Positions 16,997 through 25,833 of a stretch of DNA of 31,231 bases are shown in pieces (within the stretch, counting starts at the first letter, position 1; each line of letters opens with the position of its first letter). Made by a program: the position numbers and the translations under genes. Source of the stretch: Acidimicrobiales bacterium (GTDB taxonomy: Bacteria > Actinomycetota > Acidimicrobiia > Acidimicrobiales > SZUA-35); assembly GCA_013003325.1 (NCBI GenBank), contig JABDJU010000151.1, forward strand, positions 1-31,231, read 5' to 3'. The notes under the pieces are model-generated. The model ran no database searches and was not told the DNA's origin. It saw only the letters and a program-made list of their open reading frames with translations.

Positions 16997-18292
16997 CTAG
17001 GTGTGCTCGAGGACTGCGGCCAGGGAATCCTTGAGGTAGCACGCGTCGAGTGCACCGGCGGTCTCCCGAGCCGAATGCATCGCCAGCTGAGGGGCTCCCA
17101 CGTCGATCGTCCGAACCCCCAGCTGGGCCGACGTGGCCGGACCGATGGTCGATCCGCACGGCAGATCATTGCGATGAATGTAGGTCTGCACCGGAACTCC
17201 CGCCTTCGAACACGCAGCCCGGAACGGAGCTTCACTGACCGCATCCGACGCATAGCGCTGGTTCGAATTGCGTTTGACCACAACCCCGTCGTTCACGTTG
17301 ATGTGGTGGCTCGGCTCGTGCTTATCCGCATAGTTGGGGTGAGTGGCGTGGGCGCCGTCGGCTGACACCACGTAGCTTCTGGTGAGCGCCTCGAGAAAAT
17401 CGCTCCGCGAAAGACCTATCGACATGGCGATCCGCTCCAGCGTGGAGCTGAGTGACGCACCGTCGGCGCCGGTGGCCGAAGCCGAACCGACCTCTTCGTG
17501 ATCGAATAGCGCCACGACCTTCACCGCTCCATCTCCGACCGACCCTTCTGCCGACCCGACCACCTCAGCCAGCGCTTCGGTCGCGGCGAAACAGCTCAGC
17601 TGGTTGTCGATTCGAGCCGACGCGATCAGGTCCGAATTCAGACCGACCACCGCCGGCGCGTTGGTGTCGAAGACCATCGCATCCCAGGCCAGCACTTCGT
17701 TGGCCGGGGCCCCCACCTGTTCGGCGACATAGTCGACGAACGCCGGGCCCTGGTCGGCGATCGCCCATAAGGGTGTCAAGTGGGTTTGAGGGTCGAGCTT
17801 GAGGCCCTGATCACGGATCTCCCGATCGAGATGGATCGCCAATTGAGCCACACGCGCAACCGGGCGGTCGTCGAGAAAGAGACGAACCTCCCCATCGGCC
17901 AGCGAAACCCTGCCGGCCAGGCCGAGGTCGCGGTCGAGCCACGAGTTCAAGAGCACACCGCCGTACACCTCGACACCGAGCTGGGCCCAGTTTGCGCTCG
18001 ACTGATCGGCGTTCGCTCTGATCCGGAGGTTGGGCGAATCGGTGTGAGCACCGACCACGGTGAATCGGTCGGGTGTTGACTCCGGCGTCGCCCACGCGAT
18101 CAACGAGCCTCCGTCGACCCGAACGTAACGACCACCGCCCGAAGGCACGGGGTCGGTGCGTCTGACCTCCACAAAGCCGGCATCGGAAAGGCGCTCTGCT
18201 GCGGTGCGGGCACAGTGGTATGGCGTTGGACTGACCTCGATGGATGAGAGCAACCGGTTGACGAACTCGTTGTCGATGAGGCCTCGTTCCAT
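16997..18292 (-). CDS. M18 family aminopeptidase
   Basis: SPTPYH, GAHTDSP, RIDNQLSC, FDHEEVGS, SADGAHATHPNY, CGSTIGP and PQLAMHSARE; start moved to ATG 18292 (TACTCT-6 nt-ATG). Confidence 0.93.
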   Translation of the reverse strand: MERGLIDNEFVNRLLSSIEVSPTPYHCARTAAERLSDAGFVEVRRTDPVPSGGGRYVRVDGGSLIAWATPESTPDRFTVVGAHTDSPNLRIRANADQSSANWAQLGVEVYGGVLLNSWLDRDLGLAGRVSLADGEVRLFLDDRPVARVAQLAIHLDREIRDQGLKLDPQTHLTPLWAIADQGPAFVDYVAEQVGAPANEVLAWDAMVFDTNAPAVVGLNSDLIASARIDNQLSCFAATEALAEVVGSAEGSVGDGAVKVVALFDHEEVGSASATGADGASLSSTLERIAMSIGLSRSDFLEALTRSYVVSADGAHATHPNYADKHEPSHHINVNDGVVVKRNSNQRYASDAVSEAPFRAACSKAGVPVQTYIHRNDLPCGSTIGPATSAQLGVRTIDVGAPQLAMHSARETAGALDACYLKDSLAAVLEHT

Positions 18293-18324
18293 CGGGCCAG
18301 AGTACTGGCCGCTGCAGCTCGACC

Positions 18325-18909
18325 TCAGCTTCGACCGGGCAACCGAAGCTGCTGGATGGCGTCGTGGGCGGCCCGAAAGAACCGTCGGGGGTGACGGCGA
18401 GACACAAGACTCAGTTCGACCGCGGTGAACATCGTGTTGAAGCGGGTCGCTCTCAGCTCCACCTCGACCGGGCGTGACCGCCAGGCGTAGGCGCCGCAGA
18501 GCGACCCTGACCAGCACAACTCGATGTCGTCGGGAAATCGATGCCGCTGTCGCACGGAGCCGGGGTGAAAGGTGAGCAGCTCAGTGCTCGGCTCGGTCTC
18601 CAACACCTCGAAGACGGCGGCAGGCTCAGCCTTGAACAGGCGGATCGATCTCGATCCCTTGCGGGGGATTCCGCTCGTGCCCGCTCCCCACAGCTGAAGC
18701 CGTGGGGCATACTCGGGTCGGGTGTGGATCCGGAGCTTGGGCTTGGCCGTGGTGTCGGGTTCGGCGTCGCCGAGCGCATCGGCATAGAGCTCCTGGGCGC
18801 TGAGCATTCGGTGCGACTCATCGATGACCTCGACCGCGTCGAGCAGCGCCACCCCTCCGACGACCGCTTCGGACTTGACCGGCAGAGGGGCGACCCCCAG
18901 ATCATGCAT
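18325..18909 (-). CDS. Hypothetical protein
   Basis: Open frame with high GC3 and normal composition filling the gap; start ATG 18909 is tentative; no motif recognised. Confidence 0.65.
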   Translation of the reverse strand: MHDLGVAPLPVKSEAVVGGVALLDAVEVIDESHRMLSAQELYADALGDAEPDTTAKPKLRIHTRPEYAPRLQLWGAGTSGIPRKGSRSIRLFKAEPAAVFEVLETEPSTELLTFHPGSVRQRHRFPDDIELCWSGSLCGAYAWRSRPVEVELRATRFNTMFTAVELSLVSRRHPRRFFRAAHDAIQQLRLPGRS

Positions 18910-19181
18910 GACCACGCTATGACGCGGCCGATGAGGTGAACGACCCGTTCGACGGTGACCGGCTTTGAACATCTCATGACCAGGCTCTCACGCCCCGGCC
19001 GAAAACACCATCGGCGAGGTGCAGATGATGGAGTCCAGGCTCGCCTGAGTACACGACTTGTGACACAAGAACAGACACTTGGGGGTATCGCCCCTTGGAG
19101 ATCAGGGGTGCGGCAAACTAGCCTCGCCCGGTCGCTGGCTGTTCGCGGCTGCGCAATCATGCCCTCTAGCAGGAGTTTTCC

Positions 19182-21305
19182 GTGGAACTCATTCCGTATC
19201 TTGCCTTCCTGTCCGCCCTGGCCGCCCTCGGCGTGGCAGTTTTCTTCTACAACAACGTCAAGGCGGCCAGTCCGGGGAACGAACGAATGGTGTTCCTCAT
19301 GACCGAAATCCAAAAGGGTGCCCGTGCGTTCCTCAAGCAGGAGTACACCTGGGTGGCCGGATTTGTGGTCGTCATGGCCATCCTGTTGACGATCGCCATC
19401 GCCCCCCTTGCAGCGATCAGCTACATCATCGGCGCGATCCTGTCCGGCGGGGCTGGATATGCGGGCATGACCGTCGCGACCATGGCCAACGCTCGGACCA
19501 CCGAAGCGGCGAAAGAAGGGCCGGCCAAGGCCCTGCCGATCGCCTTCCGCGGCGGTGCCGTGATGGGATTCTCCGTCGCTGGTATGGCGTTGGCGGGCTT
19601 GATGATCGTCTACGTCGTCTTCGTGCTGTGGCTCGATGTTGACAAAGCATTCGAGATCGTCACCGCCTACGGCTTGGGCGCATCCTCGATCGCACTGTTC
19701 AGCCGTGTCGGTGGAGGTATCTACACCAAGGCGGCCGACGTCGGCGCTGACCTCGTGGGAAAGGTCGAAGCAGGAATCCCCGAAGACGACCCTCGCAACC
19801 CGGCCACCATCGCTGACAACGTTGGCGACAACGTCGGCGACGTTGCCGGCATGGGAGCCGACCTCTTCGAGTCGTACGCAGGGTCGATCATCGCACCCAT
19901 CTCCCTGGTCGCCTTCGCTGCGGCGACGGCGGCCGAAACGCCCGACTCGGGCGCTGCCCTTTCCCTGTTCATGTTCCCGATGGCGGTCGCTCTCGTCGGC
20001 ATGGTGTCGTCGATCATCGGGTCGTTCCTGGTCAAGGGTGGATCGTCGACCGACAGCCGGGCGCTGAGCAGCGCCCTCCACCTCGGCACCAACGTGGCCA
20101 TGGGCATCACGGTTGTGGGCACCGTCGCGCTGGCCTACTGGATGTTCAGCGGCGACGAGTTCGGTGGCAATCCGATCGGGCTCGGGATCTCAGTGATCGG
20201 CGGCCTGATCGTCGGTTGGGCGCTGGGCAAGACCGCCGAGTACTACACCAGCGATCACTTCGGCCCCGTCAAGAAGATCGCCCAGCAGTCGGAGACCGGC
20301 CCGGCCACAACGATCCTCGGCGGCATCAGCGCCGGGATGGTGTCGGTCGCCGCGTCGGTGGTGCTGATACTGGTCGGCGTCGGCGTCGCCTACTACGGAG
20401 GCGAACTCACATTCGGATCCGACGGCGACATCGAGCAGCTGCAGGGCGGTATCTACGGCATCGCTGTCGCAGCCATCGGCATGCTGGCAACGACCGGCGT
20501 CGTCGTTTCGGTGGATGCCTATGGTCCGATCGCCGACAACGCCGGCGGTATCGCCGAGATGGCCGAGCTCGACCCGAGCGTTCGTGAGGTCACCGATGCG
20601 CTCGACTCGCTCGGCAATACCACTGCTGCGGTCGCCAAGGGCTTCGCGGTGGGCTCAGCCGCCCTCACGGCGCTGGCCTTGTTCAAGAGCTTCGAATTCG
20701 CCGTCAACAAAGCTGGTGGAGCGGGCACCCTCGACCTGAACATCGGCAATGTCGACGTGTTCGTCGGGCTCTTCATCGGAGCGGCCCTACCGTTCCTTTT
20801 CGCCGCCCTTACGATCGACGCCGTCGGTCGTGCCGCTCAGGAGATGATCGAGGAGGTGCGCCGCCAGTTCCGTGAAATCCCGGGCTTGCGCGAGGGCAAG
20901 CCCGGCGTTATCCCCGACAGCGCCCGCTGTGTGGCCATATCCACCCGGGCATCGCTGCGGGAGATGATCGTCCCTGGAGCGCTCGCCGTGGTCGCTCCCC
21001 TGGTCGTTGGTTTCCTCAGCGTCAACGCACTCGGGGGGCTCCTGGCCGGAGCTCTGGTCACCGGGTTCGCCCTCGCCATTTTCATGGCCAACGCCGGCGG
21101 GGCATGGGACAACGCCAAGAAGTACATCGAAACCGGAGCCCACGGCGGCAAAGGCTCAGATCCGCACAAGGCTGCGGTGGTCGGTGACACCGTGGGTGAT
21201 CCGTTCAAGGACACCAGCGGACCTGCCATGAACATCCTTCTAAAGGTCATGACGATTGTGAGCCTCGTGTTCGCGACGGCATTCGTCGACAACGCGATCT
21301 TCTAG
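19182..21305 (+). CDS. hppA: Membrane-bound cation-translocating pyrophosphatase, K+-dependent, probably Na+-pumping
   Basis: GGIYTKAADVGADLVGKVEAGIPEDDPRNPATIADNVGDNVGD, DLFESY, GNTTAA, AWDNAKK and GDTVGDPFKDTSGP; AGGAG upstream. Confidence 0.96.
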   Translation: MELIPYLAFLSALAALGVAVFFYNNVKAASPGNERMVFLMTEIQKGARAFLKQEYTWVAGFVVVMAILLTIAIAPLAAISYIIGAILSGGAGYAGMTVATMANARTTEAAKEGPAKALPIAFRGGAVMGFSVAGMALAGLMIVYVVFVLWLDVDKAFEIVTAYGLGASSIALFSRVGGGIYTKAADVGADLVGKVEAGIPEDDPRNPATIADNVGDNVGDVAGMGADLFESYAGSIIAPISLVAFAAATAAETPDSGAALSLFMFPMAVALVGMVSSIIGSFLVKGGSSTDSRALSSALHLGTNVAMGITVVGTVALAYWMFSGDEFGGNPIGLGISVIGGLIVGWALGKTAEYYTSDHFGPVKKIAQQSETGPATTILGGISAGMVSVAASVVLILVGVGVAYYGGELTFGSDGDIEQLQGGIYGIAVAAIGMLATTGVVVSVDAYGPIADNAGGIAEMAELDPSVREVTDALDSLGNTTAAVAKGFAVGSAALTALALFKSFEFAVNKAGGAGTLDLNIGNVDVFVGLFIGAALPFLFAALTIDAVGRAAQEMIEEVRRQFREIPGLREGKPGVIPDSARCVAISTRASLREMIVPGALAVVAPLVVGFLSVNALGGLLAGALVTGFALAIFMANAGGAWDNAKKYIETGAHGGKGSDPHKAAVVGDTVGDPFKDTSGPAMNILLKVMTIVSLVFATAFVDNAIF

Positions 21306-21326
21306 ACCAGCAAGATCTGTACCGTC

Positions 21327-21360
21327 GAAGCTCCTCCCCAGGTTGGGAGGAGCTTCTTCG
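21327..21360 (+). terminator. Intrinsic terminator-like hairpin after hppA
   Basis: GAAGCTCCTCCC-caggtt-GGGAGGAGCTTC, a 12-bp stem followed by TTCG. Confidence 0.75.
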
Positions 21361-21377
21361 CGTGCAAGGATCGGTCG

Positions 21378-22241
21378 ATGGCGCTGCGCAAGCTGACAAC
21401 CACCGACGCCTTCGTCGTGACCGACGTTCCCGATGCCCCTGCCTCGGGGCTGGTGCGGATGGGCAAGAAGATCTTGCAGTCGAGCGCCATGGACCTCGCA
21501 CGGTCCGCCACCTACAGCTTCGCTGCGTTCGGTGTTGAGCGGGGCGGGGCGTCGGCCGGGATCAATGCCGTCGGCGATGCTGCCATCGCCGCCCTCGAAG
21601 CCTTTCTCGAAGAGACCGCTGACCTGGTCGATCTCGACTTTCACAGCGGCAAAGGGGTGCCCGAGACCGCCTTCGACTCGTCGACGACGACCCCTGATGC
21701 CGAGCTGAACCTGACGAGCGTTGTCGAGACCGCCCGGTGGGCTGCGGGGGGCTCGTTCGACAATGTCACCGCCGCGGTCGAGGGGGTCGGCAGCAGTCCG
21801 ATGGCTCAGCGTCTAGCCGACGAGCTCGCTCGGCTCGGTGTAGAGCTCGTACACCCTGACCCGGCACACGAGCCGTGGGCCATCTGGGGGTCAGAGGTCG
21901 ATCTCATTCTGGCTGGGTCGAAGCCGGGTGTGCTGAACCATCAGGGCGCAGGCACGGTGTCAGCCAAGGCGATCGTGCCGTGGGGACCGCTGCCGGTCAC
22001 GACCAAGGCCTACGTGATGCTCGAACGGGCCGGCACGACGGTGGTGCCAGACTTCGTCGGCGCAGCCGGGGCCCTGGTCGCTCGCCACCTCGAAGTCAAT
22101 CTGACCGAAGCCATACCTCAGATCCTCGACGCGTGTTCCGCTCACCCGGAGGGGGTGCTGATGGGTGCCTGCGTACGAGCCGAGGAGTTCCTCACCACCT
22201 GGACCGATTTCTCCCCATTCGGGCGACCACTGGCAGCTTGA
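21378..22241 (+). CDS. Divergent Glu/Leu/Phe/Val dehydrogenase-like protein lacking the catalytic lysines
   Basis: DLARSATYSFAAFGVERGGASAGIN aligns by eye to [24 protein letters not shown]; VEGVG dinucleotide loop; VVPDFV..AG matches YAPDYV.NAG. Confidence 0.65.
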   Translation: MALRKLTTTDAFVVTDVPDAPASGLVRMGKKILQSSAMDLARSATYSFAAFGVERGGASAGINAVGDAAIAALEAFLEETADLVDLDFHSGKGVPETAFDSSTTTPDAELNLTSVVETARWAAGGSFDNVTAAVEGVGSSPMAQRLADELARLGVELVHPDPAHEPWAIWGSEVDLILAGSKPGVLNHQGAGTVSAKAIVPWGPLPVTTKAYVMLERAGTTVVPDFVGAAGALVARHLEVNLTEAIPQILDACSAHPEGVLMGACVRAEEFLTTWTDFSPFGRPLAA

Positions 22242-22299
22242 TCAGGGTTAATCGATCACCCCGCTAGGATGATCCGGCCGATGAGGGAGGGCAACACCT

Positions 22300-23304
22300 A
22301 TGGCGCGAACATCCAGAAGGCAGGCGAAACGAGGCGAGCAGTACGTCGAGGACCGACGGGGCTCGACCGGGAGGAGCGGTCGCGGCACCACCTTCGGGCG
22401 AGGTGGGATGACAACGGGACGTCGGGTGCCAGGCGGTGGCAAGGCAGCCGGCGGCCTCGGCGCGCTCATCATCGCTGTCATAGGCCTTCTCTTCGGGGTC
22501 AACCTGGGTGGGGGCGGCGGCACGACCACGGTCGACTCCCCCTCTGCGTCCGGAGGCGGAGCGTTCACCATCGACGGGCCCACGTTCGGTTCCGACACCG
22601 GCGATGCCGGCGGCGATCCCAACGAAATCATCAGTTGTGACATCGAGGTCGAGGCCTGCCTGGCTGCCCTGATGGCCGACACGCAGGACGTCTGGTCAGC
22701 CCTGTTCGAGAATGCTGGCCGCCAGTACGAATTCACGAGCATGGTGCTCTACTCGGGCGAAACCCGCACCGACGGATGCGGAATCGGTCGTGCCGCGGCC
22801 GGTCCGTTCTACTGCGGCGCTCCTCAGGACCAGAAGGTCTATATCGACGTCGGCGCCATGGAAGGGCTGCAGCGCAGCCTCGGAGCTGCCGGCGACTTTG
22901 CCCAGGCCTACATCATCGCTCACGAGGTCGGCCATCACATTCAGACGATCACCGGCATCAGTGAGCAGGTCCGGGCGCTGCAAGGTCAGAACCCGAACGC
23001 CCGCAACGACCTGTCAGTGCGTCAGGAACTGCAGGCCGACTGTTTCGCCGGGGTCTGGGCCTACTACGCCAACCAGCGGCAGGGCGACGCGTCCACCGGA
23101 TTCGTACTCGATCCCGGTGACACCGAAGAAGCCATCAACGCCGCCGCCGCGGTGGGCGACGATTCGATCCAGAAACGTTCCGGTTACGTCGACCCTCACA
23201 CCTTCACCCACGGAAGTTCAGCCCAGCGAATCAAGTGGTTCGAGCAGGGATTCAACACCGGCAATCCGGACACGTGCGACACCTTCAGCGTCGCTCAGCC
23301 CTGA
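22300..23304 (+). CDS. Neutral zinc metallopeptidase (YpfJ-like)
   Basis: GPFYC, GDFAQAYIIAHEVGHHIQ (HExxH), ELQADCFAGVW and THGSSAQR; N-terminal TM helix; GGGAGG upstream. Confidence 0.92.
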   Translation: MARTSRRQAKRGEQYVEDRRGSTGRSGRGTTFGRGGMTTGRRVPGGGKAAGGLGALIIAVIGLLFGVNLGGGGGTTTVDSPSASGGGAFTIDGPTFGSDTGDAGGDPNEIISCDIEVEACLAALMADTQDVWSALFENAGRQYEFTSMVLYSGETRTDGCGIGRAAAGPFYCGAPQDQKVYIDVGAMEGLQRSLGAAGDFAQAYIIAHEVGHHIQTITGISEQVRALQGQNPNARNDLSVRQELQADCFAGVWAYYANQRQGDASTGFVLDPGDTEEAINAAAAVGDDSIQKRSGYVDPHTFTHGSSAQRIKWFEQGFNTGNPDTCDTFSVAQP

Positions 23305-24184
23305 GCGCGGTCGCCACCTCGGCAGCCACGGCCGCATTCGACTCAGCGAGGGCCACGTTCGACGCGATGCTCTGACCGTCGGTCAACGACGCAATCTCTG
23401 ACAGTACGATCGGGGTGATCGCGGCGCCGACGGTCCCTTCGGCCCTGGCGAGGGCGCGATCGACGGCCGACTCCAGTATCGACATCTCGACGGCGTACGC
23501 CTCGGGGACGGGGTTGACCAGGAGGATTCCTCCCCCGCCGAGGGACCAGTGCTCCCTCGCGATGGCGGCCACCTCCGCCGCCGACTCGACCCGATGCGGA
23601 ACGGGTAAACCGGCCGACCTGGAGTAGAAGGCCGGGAACTCGTCGCAACGGAATCCGAGCACAGGAACCGAGTGCGTCTCCAGGTACTCGAGTGTGCGGG
23701 AAAGATCGAGGAAGACTTTCGCCCCGGACGACACGGTGATCACCTTGTAGGAAGCGATCGCATTGAGATCGGCACTGACGTCGAAGGAGCGGTGTGCGTC
23801 ACGATGAACCCCGCCAATACCGCCGGTGGCGAAGACTTGAAGCTCAGCGGCAGCGGCAAGGGCCAGCGAGGCCGACACCGTGGTCGCTCCGTAGGCCCAT
23901 CGCTGCCGAATCGCAACCGCCAGATCCCGCTGACCGACCTTGCGGGCCGGGCCGCAGATCGTGGCAACACGATCGGCCTCCACCCCCACCGTGGCCTTCC
24001 CTTCGAGCACGGCGGTCAACGCCGGCTCGGCGCCGCCGGCTATCACGGCCTGCCGACACCGATCGTGAGCCTCGATATTCGCAGGCGGCGGCAATCCCAG
24101 ATTCGAAAAAATCGTGGATTCCAGCGCGACGACCGGTCGGCCCTCGAGCAGCGCGCCGGAGACCCGTGGTCCGAGGGTGATCAA
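23285..24184 (-). CDS. psuG: Pseudouridine-5'-phosphate glycosidase
   Basis: VALESTI, ATTVSA, FATGGIGGVHR, DVSADL, SGAK.FLD and ETHSVPV; TTG start at 24184 just after the flavodoxin stop; 20-bp convergent overlap with the peptidase. Confidence 0.9.
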   Translation of the reverse strand: MITLGPRVSGALLEGRPVVALESTIFSNLGLPPPANIEAHDRCRQAVIAGGAEPALTAVLEGKATVGVEADRVATICGPARKVGQRDLAVAIRQRWAYGATTVSASLALAAAAELQVFATGGIGGVHRDAHRSFDVSADLNAIASYKVITVSSGAKVFLDLSRTLEYLETHSVPVLGFRCDEFPAFYSRSAGLPVPHRVESAAEVAAIAREHWSLGGGGILLVNPVPEAYAVEMSILESAVDRALARAEGTVGAAITPIVLSEIASLTDGQSIASNVALAESNAAVAAEVATALRAERR

Positions 24185-24185
24185 G

Positions 24186-24623
24186 CTAGGCCGGGACCCT
24201 CGGGAGGGCCGACGAGGCGAGTACCCGCTCGACGAACTCAGCCGCGCCGCCGACGATGTCGTCCCGCTTGATCGCATATCCGCCGATCACATCGCCGCCA
24301 CGACGCTCGACAACCCCTTGGAGTTTCTCGAGCACCTTGCCCGGATCGAGGGCATATGTGCAGAAGATGGCGGTCTGCTTGCCGTCGATCACCGGCAGTT
24401 TGGCAAGTTTCCACGGACGACCGGGCTTCTGTCCAAAGAAGAACAGCCCGTCGACCCACGTACCCACAATCACAAGCTCTGATTCGCTCAGCCATTGAAG
24501 GTCGACACGATCGACCGGGCACGCCATGGCTTCGACACCGGCCTCACGGAGGCCGTGTGCGATCAGATCGCCTGCGTCGCGGGTGTTGCCGGTGAGTGAC
24601 TCATAGACCACGGTTGCCTTCAT
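24186..24623 (-). CDS. Flavodoxin family protein
   Basis: MKATVVYESLTGNT FMN phosphate loop, VGTWVDG and AIFCTY; start ATG 24623. Confidence 0.85.
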   Translation of the reverse strand: MKATVVYESLTGNTRDAGDLIAHGLREAGVEAMACPVDRVDLQWLSESELVIVGTWVDGLFFFGQKPGRPWKLAKLPVIDGKQTAIFCTYALDPGKVLEKLQGVVERRGGDVIGGYAIKRDDIVGGAAEFVERVLASSALPRVPA

Positions 24624-24646
24624 TGGCGCAATAGTAGAGTCCCCCA
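24624..24646. promoter_or_regulatory. Overlapping divergent -10 hexamers for two leaderless genes
   Basis: + TAGAGT (24635-24640), 6 nt before ATG 24647; - TACTAT (24636-24631), 7 nt before ATG 24623; only 23 bp between the start codons. Confidence 0.6.
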
Positions 24647-24901
24647 ATGCAGATCGCAGAGTTTCAGGCGCTGATGGAAGACCTCTACGGACCGGCCGAT
24701 CGCGAGCGAGGTATCGCCGCAACCGTGGCGTGGCTCTGCGAGGAACTCGGCGAACTGGCCCAGGCGGTCCGCAAAGGAACTCCGGAGAGCCAGCTCCACG
24801 AACTGGGCGACGTCTTGGCCTGGACCGCATCCCTGGCCAACCAACTCGACCTCTCCCTCACCGACGCCGCCCAGCGCTACGTCACCGACCCTCCGGGCTG
24901 A
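24647..24901 (+). CDS. MazG-like nucleotide pyrophosphohydrolase
   Basis: WLCEELGELAQAVRK...HELGDVLAW..SLANQL (EExxE...ExxD). Confidence 0.88.
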   Translation: MQIAEFQALMEDLYGPADRERGIAATVAWLCEELGELAQAVRKGTPESQLHELGDVLAWTASLANQLDLSLTDAAQRYVTDPPG

Positions 24902-25006
24902 TCCCTCCGGGACCGCAGTTCGATGCCGGTTCGTCAAGCGAGGCGAAGCCGAGCGAGAAGACGAACAAGAAGGCCCGAAGGCGAGCGTGGAGGGCCCCCG
25001 GAGGGA
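24902..25006. repeat. 105-bp element with 10-bp terminal inverted repeats and internal hairpins (REP/MITE-like or structured RNA)
   Basis: TCCCTCCGGG...CCCGGAGGGA ends; internal stems TTCGTC/GACGAA, GGCCC/GGGCC, ACCG/CGGT and GGC/GCC. Confidence 0.45.
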
Positions 25007-25830
25007 GTAGTGCGGGCTTGTTGGATCGCGTAGAAGGCGACAGATGCGGCGGAGCCGACGTTAAGGCTGTCGACCGAGCCGCTCATCGGGATGCGCACAC
25101 GCATCGAGCACGCGTGGATCGTGCCGTCGCTCAGCCCGGGTCCTTCGCTTCCCAGAACCAGAGCCACTCGTTGGTCAGCACCGAACGACAGATCACCGAT
25201 GTCGGTGTCGCCTGATGGGGTCAGCGCGAGTGTGGTGAAGCCGCTGTCGTGGATCACGGCGAGGTTGTCGGGGAACGAACCGAGCCGGGCGTAGGGCAGA
25301 CGGTACGCCTCTCCCATGCTCACCCGGCCGGCCCGTCGGTAGAGGGGGTCGCTGCAGGTGTGATCCATCACGAAGGCGTCGACTCCCAGCGCAACCCCGC
25401 ACCGAAGGATCACTCCCAGGTTTGTGGGATTGTTGATCCCTTCGAGCACCAGCAGTGTGGTCGAAGTCGCCAGCACCTCGTCAACCGGGCGCAGCGGCCG
25501 GCGGTGGAAGCAGGCCAGCAACCCCCGGTGAAGGTGGTAGCCGGTGATGTGCTGAAGCACGTTGGGCGCGGCGCCATAGATGGGGGCACCGGCCGCCTCG
25601 ATCGCCGGTGGGATCGCCTTGCGGCGAGCGCCGTCGACAAGAATCGAACACAGCCCGTATCCGGCGTCGATCGCTCGTTCGACCACCAAGTCCCCTTCCG
25701 CAACGAAGACGCCGGACATGTCGCCGCCGTCGGCCTCGCGTAGCTGGCGAAGCTGATGGTCGCGGAGACCTTGAAAGACACTGATTCTTGGATCGGCAGG
25801 ATCGTCGATCGGGATCCAGGAATCGAACAA
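24934..25830 (-). CDS. TrmH/SpoU family RNA methyltransferase
   Basis: LEGINNPTNLGVILR, RVSMG, LVLGSEGPGLS and IPMSGSVDSLNVGSAA SPOUT motifs. Confidence 0.92.
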   Translation of the reverse strand: MFDSWIPIDDPADPRISVFQGLRDHQLRQLREADGGDMSGVFVAEGDLVVERAIDAGYGLCSILVDGARRKAIPPAIEAAGAPIYGAAPNVLQHITGYHLHRGLLACFHRRPLRPVDEVLATSTTLLVLEGINNPTNLGVILRCGVALGVDAFVMDHTCSDPLYRRAGRVSMGEAYRLPYARLGSFPDNLAVIHDSGFTTLALTPSGDTDIGDLSFGADQRVALVLGSEGPGLSDGTIHACSMRVRIPMSGSVDSLNVGSAASVAFYAIQQARTTPSGGPPRSPSGLLVRLLARLRLA

Positions 25831-25833
25831 GTG

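Noticed and set aside
19014-19045. Fluoride riboswitch upstream of hppA (GATGGAGT within a GGCGAG/CTCGCC stem)
   Set aside because: The loop is too long for the compact P1, and the downstream AAC...GCUAAUGAC pseudoknot elements are missing.
19058-19068. TTGTG-A-CACAA as a Rex operator
   Set aside because: Rex needs TTGTGAA-N4-TTCACAA (18 bp); this dyad is 11 bp. It could still be some other site, but there is no support.
18453-20081. 542-aa minus-strand ORF
   Set aside because: Antisense to hppA and overlapping the 18325-18909 gene in another frame; no motifs.
24902-25006. tRNA-Sec or SRP RNA
   Set aside because: No UCA anticodon arm, valid T-arm or CCA end; it lacks the SRP domain IV internal-loop motif and the single long-hairpin shape.
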